A stretch of DNA of 64,000 nucleotides from Amoebophrya sp. A120. Its lineage: Eukaryota > Protista > Dinoflagellata. A program made the position numbers and the translations under genes. Where the stretch lies: NCBI GenBank assembly GCA_905178155.1, contig CAJINV010000001.1, positions 10,968,311 to 11,032,310 of the forward strand, given 5' to 3'. The notes beneath the pieces are model-generated. The model did not search any database. It saw only the letters and a list, made by a program, of their open reading frames with translations, and had not been told where the DNA came from. This document shows, piece by piece, positions 13,182-23,900 of this stretch; within the stretch, counting starts at the first letter, position 1, and the number at the start of each line of letters is the position of its first letter.

Positions 13182-14271
13182 CTAGTAGGTCTACGCAGAA
13201 GTGGGTCTTCTGCCATGACCACATCAGGACCTCGTGACATACTATCAATGAATAATCTTCATCCACTTCACACCTAACGACTTTTTCACACGACGCACTC
13301 CCCGCAGAGTACCATAATCGTGGCGACATCCCAGCTGCGTTTTTGTTTCCGACGCAAAAAGAAGTAAAAGTAGAAGCACAAGCCCTTTGACCCTGAATGA
13401 TGTTTCGCGAGCATAAAGACAAATTTTGGTTGGTCCCCACCTGCACCGCCGCCTGTCGTGACCGCGGCTCATCGTGATGATGCAAAAAATTAAGAGTGGA
13501 TACTGCGCCGCCGCTTTCGGAAGTCCATGTCCATCTATTTACAACAAGGAAGCAGTAGAAGCTGTGCGTCCCTCGAGAAGAAGAATCACTACTTCCATTT
13601 CAATTTATCTCGCCCGTCAGAACGAACCCAGATCTTGCTGATGAGTAATTCTGTAAATAACAACGCGCACTGCAACAACTTCGTCATGTAGAAGAGGAGT
13701 AGTCGAACAACAAGAAAGCAGGATGCTACTACACACTCCATGTGCCATCACGCGCCCTTGTCATAAGAATGTACCTAAAGTACGCGTATCGAGTGACGCC
13801 AGCAGCGCATTGTCACGAATAACGCTGTCGTCGACTTGATAGGTTGCAACTCCGGAGCAAGAACATGAAATTTCTTTGTCATCCCACTTCTCTTCATGGA
13901 TTTGGATACGAAGCGTAAAACGGTGGCCGATAAAAAAGGACAACTTTCTGTTGGCGTTTTGTGTTCGACAGTTGTGAAGAACGGTAACGGACGGATCGAA
14001 TTTTTTTTCAGCTGTGATCTTAATCAGCCCAGGTGCTGGTCGTGATATTGCAGAACCTGATTCTCTATTAATTTTCGTTTTTACTCACTTTCATCGGTTT
14101 TTCCTTCGCCTGTATTCGGTGGCGACTCAAAGATCCTGCGTAATCAGTTGCAAAAACTGATAGATCACTCGTTGGTCATCATGCAAGTGGCTTCGGTTTC
14201 TGAAAAGCGAAGCACTTTCGAGAAGACAAAAAATAAAAGGTACTACATCTAAAACATTTCCCCTTCACTAA

Positions 14272-14971
14272 ATGTCGAAAGCCAACAAGTCTTCAAGTTC
14301 CTCGTCGTCCTTGGTGTGCTACCTGGGTACCTTTTCTTTGATCGCGTTTGCTGCCTTTCAGCTGCACCTGCACTACGGCTCTAGTGTGATTGCGAATCTG
14401 TGTACGGCGCTGGCAAGCGACCCGTTATTAGGCAATAGCAGCGGAACCACCGGTACAGCAGGGTATTCCTCTGCAAATACTGCTCTCACCAAAAAGATGG
14501 CGGCAGACACCACGGCGCTCGCGAAGAAGTATTTTGAGGCCTGGAATGCCCAGGACTTGGACAAACTCGGCGAACTTTTTGCCGACGATGTCGAGTTGCG
14601 CGACTGGGACATTGCCAAGTCCGGGAAGAAAGACGTCGTCGACGCGAACGGTACCGTTAATTTCATTTTGCCGTCTCAGTTTTTTGAAATGTCGCATGGA
14701 TTTTTTCCCGGCAGCAGATATGTAAATTTCGCCCCGCGGCGTGCTCATCAATTCCTGTTGTTTTTTCATCCTATCAGGTGGCATTTTCAAAGCCGTCCCT
14801 GCCATCAAAGCCGAGATTCTGAATATTTTCCCCTCGACGTCCGATTTGGGCCCCGTGGCGGCGTGCGAACTGCACATCGTCGTTTCTGCGGAGGAAACGC
14901 TGAAGGTGTTGGATGTCATTCAGTACGACAGCAGCGGAAAAATCAAAGCCGTCCGCGCATACAAGGGGTAA
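14272..14971 (+). CDS. SnoaL-like / NTF2-fold protein with hydrophobic N-terminal extension, 2 exons
   Basis: KKYFEAWNAQDLDKLGELFADDVELRDWD..G..VVDANG|GIF..LKVLDVIQYDSSGKIKAVRAYKG. GT-AG intron 14651-14777. Alternative ATG at 14498. Confidence 0.85.
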
Positions 14972-15708
14972 CTGTGCTGGGCTGTAAGAACGCAGCGAGA
15001 AGTGGAGTTTCATCACCGCAGAAAGATTTTTACGGTTCTGCGAAAGACGAGGTCTTGATTCGAGAAATGTCTCACTCACGAATGTACCAAAAGGTAAGTA
15101 GCTAGTGTAGTTCTTGCCGCTGCGCCCAAACATCAACTGACCCTCAATTTTCTTTAGTCTTCTCGATCAATTGCAGCAACGTACGAACTGCATAAAAAGG
15201 GACCACGGTGCGGCTTCTATAGCAGTCGAGTCATCGCTGTGATATCGATCTTTTCAAGAAACACCAATCGGATGATGAATTCATGTGCTGGCTATTGATT
15301 TGGCAGCGGAGCAAGTTGAAGATGCAAGGAAGCAGCTCACCTCATAACTAACTCTACCTCCTTTTAGGCTGTTCACTAGGAAAACTGCCGATTCACGGAT
15401 CACCCGCCATATCGTCTCCTGCTCGCTGGTCGAAAGTTCCGTGTTTACATGACGAGTTATTTGCTATTGCTATCGAGCGCCAACTGGCCCTGTGTGATTG
15501 TACTTCGGATGCAGATCTCGATCTCCACTTCTCACGGAATAATTTTGGTTCCATGGCCACAATTCTCCACTTTGTAAACAGCGATTTTTTTCTCTAGGCC
15601 GTGATCATTTTTACTTTACGTGCCATCGTATTTCGAACAACGCGAGCTAATTTTACTTTCAACTTTACAAAGACCTTGTTGGCAATTGAATTCAACCCAG
15701 AAATTAAA

Positions 15709-17278
15709 ATGGCTTCCTGGGTTCTGAAACCCCCCGCCCCAAACACGTCCCTGAAGAGGGACGCACAGACGGCGGCGAATTTGAGTTCTCTGTTTCCCGG
15801 TCTGGACTTTGGCGGTGGATCCGCTGCGGCGGGGAGCGCAGCCGCCGGACCGTCGGGGTCTCCAGCTACGGCGACGCAGAAGGGTGGCCCCGACTTGAAA
15901 AAGCGAAAGTTTGAGCCGGTGGAAAACGTAACCGTGCAGGATGTGCACCAATTACTGAAACACGCCCGCAAGGTGATCCAGAAGGCACCAGATTTTTCCA
16001 TGAGCCTCTTGACGCAGAACGGCGAGATGTGCATCAGCTTACTGCACGCGCAGGCAGTGTATGAAATGTAAAAATGTCTGGGTCTGGAAACTTGTGATGC
16101 AAGTCAGTCAATAAAAAATGCACTGTAATGCGTGGCCAAGCATGCCAAGTTGCTTCGTGCTTCTGTGCTGCGTATTCCGCATGAGAAACTGCGTTTTTGC
16201 ATGACAGGCGAGAGAGGCTTTTTGTGGCCACCCAACACAGATTTAAGGGCCATGCCAGATCAGCATGACAAATCTCGCAATCTTCCAGACCCAGACATTT
16301 TTACATTTGATACAGTGGTCGGGGTTTTGCCTGACAGGATGACATTCCTGCCGCTATCCAACGAAGAGATCGACTTGGCGCGGACAAAATCCAAAGAAAT
16401 CCAGGACAAATTATCGAAATACCGGTTTTGGAGTCAGGGTCCGGGCTTAACGTCGGTGCAGCGACCGAAAATGCCTTCGCCTGCTGGTATTTTTGTTTGG
16501 ACTTAACTTTTCATATCGAGCGCTTTTGCATATGCATCGTTTTTTACAGCGGGAATGAGCATTTTTCCAAAGGGGACATCTTGCTTTCCGGAATATCTTG
16601 CAGGAAACAAGTGCTCTGTCTTACGTTCGTCAATCTCGTGATGCCTACGCTTACGCATACAAGGCCAAGGTGGTTCTCGTTTTTTGACACGAGTTGTGCG
16701 ACTAAAAAGAAGTAAAGCTCAACAAAGTAGGCACTGCTTCTGAAGATTCAGCGACACCAAAAAGAAAAAACTACGATCCTTACGAAAATACAGGCCTGCG
16801 ATTACCGAACATGTTTCCAATGCCGCCGATGCCAGCTCGCGTGCTCCCGCCCCAGCGAAGCGGCTATGGTGGCGGAGGTTATGGCGGGTACGGCGGAGGG
16901 GGCGGCTACGGTGGCTACGGACGAGGCGGGGGCGGCCCGCCTCCGAGATACGGAGGAGCTTCTGCAGGTATGTCGGCGTGTCGTTTCATTTTTATTGGTC
17001 CCTTGACCGAGTTTCGCTTTCGCGTTCGCCCGACTGGGCCGGTCACTTTCATGAGTTCTTTACGCCGATTATCTGGACCAAAATCATGCTCGCGCAACAT
17101 TCAACAAATACAACATTTTTAAGTCACATCCACAGGCGCGTCCGCGTCTATTACTGCGGAACAACGACAGAAACTTTTGGAGCGGATTTCTCGACTCACC
17201 CCGGAACAGTTTCAAATGCTTCCCACCGACATTCAAAATCAAGCTCGTATGTACCTCGGTGCGCGAGTCACGCACTGA
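15709..17278 (+). CDS. CstF-64/CSTF2-like protein (hinge and C-terminal domain, no RRM), 4 exons
   Basis: Hinge-like VHQLLKHARKVIQKAPDFSMSLLTQNGEMCISLLHAQAV|VG, a Gly/Tyr-rich middle, and CSTF_C-like LLERISRLTPEQFQMLPTDIQNQ. Introns: the element at 16060-16312, then GT-AG 16487-16793 and 16968-17135. Confidence 0.75.
16060..16312 (+). mobile_element. Introner/MITE-like intron element B (253 bp)
   Basis: TIR TATGAAATGTAAAAATGTCTGGGTCTGGAA / TTCCAGACCCAGACATTTTTACATTTGATA. Perfect 5-bp duplication CAGTG (16055-16059, 16313-16317). In-frame TAA at 16069-16071. Confidence 0.93.
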
Positions 17279-17922
17279 CAAGGATGGAGTCGTACCACGT
17301 TCACATCAAGCGACAAGGAAACGCAAAGCTGTATCCTCCAAACCCAAAGCGACATATTAGATACAATTGATATTGAGTCAGCCTCGGCTTTACCAGGCTG
17401 GGAAGCGAAGCACAAAAAGTGACAAACTTTGATGAACTTCTCATTTACCTGGTCGTCGATGTTCTCAAGTTGGTTGAAAAAGTCTATTCCCAAGGTGCGT
17501 TTGGGGGGATTTTTTCAACTTCAAGCATGTGCTTGTGCTGGAGTCTTTTTTGGCTGTGTTGGTGTAATTGGAAAGAGACATGGACAGTGAGATCTGCGTG
17601 ATCAACGAGGTTGACCTCAAAACTTGCAGCGGCAGCGTCGTGTGTCGCGCTTCGATCCAATGAATACTGCCATGCTCGATGATCAACTTTTCAGTCCTTC
17701 CACCGTCCTGTCATTTCGAAGAAATATTTCTGGTCCGTATACAGATTTCAAGTTGTTCCATTTGCGGTCGAAAAGCTCAATCCAAAACCATTTGTAAGCG
17801 GCAACTACTGACGGGTCTAAACCTTTGAGCGACACCTTGTTTCTTCCACCGAGGGCTTTGTTTGCCTTCTTTCTTTTTTTCTATCTTGGTTTACGTTTAG
17901 GTTTTATGGCTTCGACGGCAAG

Positions 17923-20900
17923 ATGTCAAAGAACACAAACGACCCACAGAGGAAGCAAACGAGTAAAAGCGGTAGTACATCTGGGGAAGCACCCGAGGAC
18001 GACAATGCAGCGCCCCGATACCCAGTTCGCCCGATTTCGTCTGGGTTCGTGCCGGTTGCCCGTCGCAGTGCCACGACCGGCGCTCCCCGAACTTCTTCGG
18101 GTTCACCGCACGCGACGACACCGTCGTCGCCGCAGGCGGGCGGAGAGAGAGATACCGCACGGTCCTCGTCACCGGCAGCCACGACCTTGCACGGCAAAGT
18201 CCCAGCTGGAGGAGGCGGGCCACCGCATGCGGGGTCGTCACACTCACAAAACAAGCCAAGCGGGAACATCACCAACAAGACCACTCCGGATTTTCAGCAT
18301 GAGAAAAGTACAACTTTGGTGGAGGAACGAGCAACGGCTCCTGTTTTGCAGCCCGGTGACACAACTACACATAGCGTGCCACTCCGTGTCGATGCAAGGA
18401 CCGTGTCCATCGAAGCCGCTCGCTCTTCCTACAGCACGTCTAGTGCTGGGACGGGCGACGAAGGGCTTGGCAGCAAGAAAGACAGCACCGGCTCCTTTGG
18501 AAGCTTCGGGGGCGGGGGCCAACCTCGCGGCATGGCAACTGGACCACAATCGTCCGCCGGTGTTTCTGCTTCATCTTCGTTCCCAGGAAAGCCTCCGGCA
18601 AATTTGCTGCCGCAGCAGCCGACAGCGACACCCTCCTCGTCCAGCAGCTACAGGAGAGGCGGAGCAGCTGCGCCGAGTCACGAACAAGGTTCTTCGGGCT
18701 CTTACGTTCTAAACCGTCCGGCGCATCTGAAACCTTTCGACCCAGCGACCATGGGCCCACTGGGTGCCACTCTCAGTAGCGCGAGTGTCATTTCCAGTAC
18801 AAGCAGCATGGAGCTCGTCAACATGGCCGCGGCGCGAACTCCAACCGTACGTAGTCGCCAGCTAGAACATCATCAGCCGCGGCCCGCCGCGCAGTATCGA
18901 TTTTCGAAGCAAACGCCGCGACCCGGACAGCAGCCGCACGTTCTGTTGCGCAAGCCTACGCGGGAAGACGACGTAGAATTTTTGGAGGCGCGGACGCAAA
19001 GTGCCGGCAGGGTGAGCCGCGATAGTAGCCCGCCGGCACTGCACCACGCAGCTGGTACATTGTTAAGTCTAAAAATGCATCAGCATCTGCATCTCGTCTC
19101 AGCTTTTTTATGAAGAAAAAGGTTCTGTGCAGAACAAAGTCTTCAACTTCATCGCAATGAATGTTCGCACCAGCATGATGGTCTTGTTGTATGTTCAATT
19201 TCAATTTTTGCAATATCAGGTGCAGAAGCGCTGCGAAGTCGTGCAGCCGCCGCGAACGCGCCTTCGCCACTCTACGCGTATGGTCAGCAGGATTTGACGC
19301 AGGAGATCATGAACGCGAAAGACAAGATCCAGGTCAAATTGCGCAAAAAACTCTCACGCCTAAACCAGGCCGCGGCCGCGGCGCAGCCCGACCAATCCGG
19401 GGCCGCGGGTAGTACCGTGGTGCCAGACAGTGCTGCTGCGTCCGAGAGTGCGAGCGCCGCGGGAAGCAAGGACCGGCCCCACCAACCGTTCCGTCCGGGA
19501 GATCCTCGCCTGCGAGGTGCGGGCGGCCCCACTCCAGCCAACTCGAAGCCGAAAGTGTTTTCGGATAGTAGTACCAGTATGCAGCAAGACCAGCAGCTCC
19601 GTGTCAACAGCTTTGGCAGCGCCACCGGCTTTTCGCTTCCCTCTCCACCCAGTGGAAGCTCTCTGCTGGACGAACTGGGGGGCGGACGAAGACCGATCGA
19701 GTACTCGTTGAACACTTCGCCGTCGCTATCCAAAGAAGCACCACCGTCAGCAACGTCCTCGGGAACCGGCTCCGAGCGGCTTGGCTCGCGATCTGGTTTG
19801 GCGCCCTTGTTGAGCGGCTCCGGAGCACCTCTGGGAGGTCCGCTCACGTTCAAGGCTTTAGGTCAGTCCCGCAGTGGGGAGTTTTCCTCGGCCTCGAGTT
19901 CATCTTCCTTTGCGACGGGCAGCAAGACGAAAGCGCAGCCTCTCGACCGGGAGCAAGCAGCGGCGGGTATAACTAGCGGGAAAACACAGAGGCAACGCAC
20001 ATCATCGCACGATGCAGCGGCGGAGGGTACCACAGGAGAGCAGGTACCGTATTTGACTCCGACGGCGGCCTCGCGGCCCCGGAGCCAGACAGAGTTACTG
20101 GCGGGCGCAATGGACCCGCGGGGCGCCGTGCTGCCGCGCGAGATGGAAGCGCTGGGGACCCATGGACGAGCCACCACGGACCGCTTGGGCGGAAGCTTCT
20201 TGCGCTCCGTAGGTTCGTCCTTGAGCAAGTCTGCACACATCAGTCAATCACAGTCAACGCTCACAGATCCAGCGACGCGAAGGAGCACCGCAGAGGACCG
20301 GGGCTCGATGATCGGAAGCAGCGTTCGTCCCGACGCTACATCGGCATCTGGTGAAGCTCTTCTTCCTGACGGCGACACCAGCAGACCTCCGCCGATCCGA
20401 CTTCTCGACGGACCGGAATCTTCCGAACCGGTGACACAAGCACAGGCGGAGCTCGGCGCTAATTCACGCACCTGGCCGCGCGGCCGGCGCCCGGCCCTGG
20501 AGGAGCTGTACGAAGCACATCGAATGCAGCAGCTGGGCGGCGTGTCGGCACATCAGCCGCTGGACGACCTCCACGAACTGACGTCGCCAAACATGGTAGC
20601 GGCCACCGCGGCGGGAAGCTCCCAGCCCAACCTCGGAGACGCCGTCGTGGCAGGCGCGCTGGAGCCGATACTCGCGAAGCCGCCTTCGCTGACCGTGTCC
20701 GTGTTCGTCAGCAAATTTCTCCCGATTGAGGTGTACTACGACGAAGAAAACAAGGCGTACTCCATCGGTCCGGGTAGCATCATGGAAGACGCGTCCTTCC
20801 GGTCCGATCCGCAGTTTGTGACGCTGGAAGACCCAAATGAGGGGGGCAATTTTTCCTGTCGCATCCTCCGTGTGGGGAGGCCGCTCGTGCGGGAGGTGAC

Positions 20901-23900
20901 GACCACGGGGGAGCAGACCGGCCCGATAACCAGCGCGAGTGGCCCAGGGACGACCAGCACCACGACGACGGGGAAGAAAGTTTCCGAGCACTTTCGGGCG
21001 TCCTTTTCCGACGAGGAGAAAAACACCTTGACCTCGTTCTTGAGCTTGTACGGCTACTTCCCCATTTTCCTAGACGAGGAAGAGCCGGGGAAAGCGAATA
21101 TGTCACCAAACAATTTGGGATCGCCAAGCGGTGCTACCAGCGCGGGGTTGCACAGCACGCCGACAAACTTCCCGGCCGCGGCGGGCGGAGCAGGCGCGAT
21201 GAGCGGGTCCTCGTCGCACTTGTCGAGCGTCGCTTTGATGCAAAATCTGGTTAACGCGTCAACAGGTGGTCATCTGGGTCCGCCTCCCTACGTCGGACTT
21301 CAACAACCGCGGAACTACACGATTGGCGGCATGTCAACCGCTGAACACCCGTTGCAGCTCCCCGCGGCGTTAGATGTTGTGCAGCAGCACCAGAGTAAGC
21401 AAACGACTACGAGCGTTCTGGACGACGTCACGCCCAGCGGACTAGGGGGTAGTCAGCACAGCCACCCCGCAGCAGTCAGCTTTCCGACGGGCGGGCCGAC
21501 GACGGGGGGCAGCGGAGGACCCAGAACTGGAGGGACCACCGGCGCAGCTGACAGCAACACAGCCGCGCCGACGGTGGACCTGAAGAATGACCGGGTGGAA
21601 AAGGTGTTGTTCTCGCTTTTTCACTACATCCTGAGCCAAGACGACATCCTGACACTGGAGCAACCCGATTGGCATGCGTACGAACGGGTGCAATCCCTTT
21701 ACGCGCAGCAAGTCCTCGCTCTAGTCGAGGAGCATGACATTCACTCTGTTTGGGTCCACGACTATCCGCTGATGATGCTGCCGTTGCTTTTGAAACGCGT
21801 CAAGCCCGCGCTTTTTGTCGGCTTCTTCCTCCACTCGGTGTTTCCCTCGTCCGAAATCTACCGCATCTTCCCCTTCCGTCAGCAGTTGCTGCAGGGCGTG
21901 CTCGCGTCCAACATCATCGGCTTCTTCAACTTCCAGTACATCCGCCACTTCCAGACCTGCTGCACCCGAATCCTCGGCGTGCCCTGCAGTCGCAGTGTCG
22001 TCGAGGCCTGCCGAGACACCCTGGGAACAGAAACGAAGCTCGCCGCCATCCCTCTCGGTGTAGATCCGGAAAACTACGAGAAGTGCCTCCAGTCGGAGGC
22101 GTGCCAGAAACGCATCGAAGAGCTGCGGGCGAAGTTCGGGAACCGCAAGGTGATCCTCGGCGTGGACCTCCTGCAGGAGAAGAAAGGCATCCCGCACAAG
22201 TTATCAACTGTAAAAATGTCTGGGTCTGGAAGATTCTGACACTTGTCATGCACGTTTTGCATGAGCCCTGATGTCTGTGATGCATGCTCTAGCATCACAG
22301 ATTTTTTGAGAGCTTCTTGATGCCTATTCCGCATGACAGATGCCGTCTCCGCGTAGCAAAAATTACATTCCTTTCGGTACTCATGCAATACAGATTTTTC
22401 TGGAATCCAAATGCAGCATCACAAGTTGCATTCTTCCAGACCCAGACATTTTTACATTTGATACAAGTTCCTGGCCTACAACAAGCTCCTGCGCGATATG
22501 GCACTCTCAACTGTTACATTCTCAACTGTTACATGAATTTGTGATGCAGAGGCGGCAAAATTGAAAGGGGAAAGATTGCGCCTTTTGCATTACAAATTCC
22601 GCACAGATTTAGGTGCTGTCTAGCCCTTCGTAGATTTGTCATGCGAAGCAGCTTGACCACCTGGCGCCTTGAGGTAATTTTGCATGACAAATCATATAGC
22701 AGTTGAGAATGTAACATTTGAGAACGCCATACGCGACCACCCGGCCGAGTGGAACCACAGCACGTGTGTGTTCCTGCAAGTGTGCCTCCGCATCGCCGAT
22801 CTGCGACAGGAATCCAGTCAACTGCACCACCAGCAACAAGTAGATGACCACTCCCCGCAGTCCCCCTCGGGCGGCGGCGGTGGAGGCGCCAACATGGCCC
22901 CGCCGGCCGGCGGCTACGCCGGCGGCAGCTCGCGCTGGGAGAAGAGCGGGTCCGTCACGGCGGCGGCGGCCACGGCGGAGCGGCCGGACCTGGTTTCGCA
23001 AATCCACCAGATGGCGGGCGAGATCGGGTCCCAGTACGGTTCTTTCTCGGAGTTACCGCTGCATTTCCTAGATCAGCCGTTCACGGCTGAGGATTTGATC
23101 CCGATCTACGCGGTCGCGGATGTCTGCCTGGTCACGCCCCTGCGGGACAACCTCGCGTCCACTGCGGTGGAGTTCATCATCTGCCAGAAGCACTACGCCA
23201 CGGTGAAGCACAAAGCGGCGCCGGGGGTGTTGATTTTGAGCGAGTTCACGGGGAGCGTGCAGTCCCTCCGCGCCACGGCCTTGACCGTGAACCCCTGGGA
23301 CACCGTCTCCTTCGCCGACGCGATCCACGACGCGCTCACCATGGACGATTCCGAGCGGATCGAGCGCTACGCATACGGGTACAACTACTGCGTGACACAC
23401 ACCCACACGCGGTGGATCACCGACCTGCTCCACGAGCAGCAGGAGCTGGAGTTGTTGCAGGAACAAAGCGGCGACCCAGGGATCCTCAAGGTGCCTCCGG
23501 CGCTCAGTATTCACGCCCTCAACATCGAGAACGCGTTTCGCACCACATCGAGGCGAAAACTGTACTTATACTGCTTTTCGCTCGCTAGGTGATTTTTAAT
23601 CTGGTCGTCAGAGTTTAAGTATAATCTAAGTAAATGGGTACCATCGGGGGGTTTGGCTTGTTCAATTGTGTTGTGTAAAGAAAAACGAAGCAGTGAAAAA
23701 GGACCAGGAGTCAATTTCTATGTCGCTCTGTCCCGAGAACAGGAGCATGACTGTAGATACTTTGATATGCGATACCAAAACAGAATCGTCCTCGGCTTCA
23801 GTGGCACTTTGATTCCGCGCAACCAGTACTACCACCCGAGTATTCTCTCTTCTTGCCGCGTGCCGCACACGACCTTGCACAACTTGAAAGTCCTCGCTGA

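Noticed and set aside
16132-22564. Identical peptides LPDPDIFTFDT / KNVWVWK recurring in several small ORFs
   Set aside because: These are translations of the shared TIR of elements B and C, not real proteins.
273-22731. Elements as ciliate-style TA-bounded IESs excised from DNA
   Set aside because: The duplication is a variable 5-mer outside the TA, and the standard code and GC-rich genes are not ciliate-like. RNA-level removal is more parsimonious, though DNA reads lacking the elements would reopen this.
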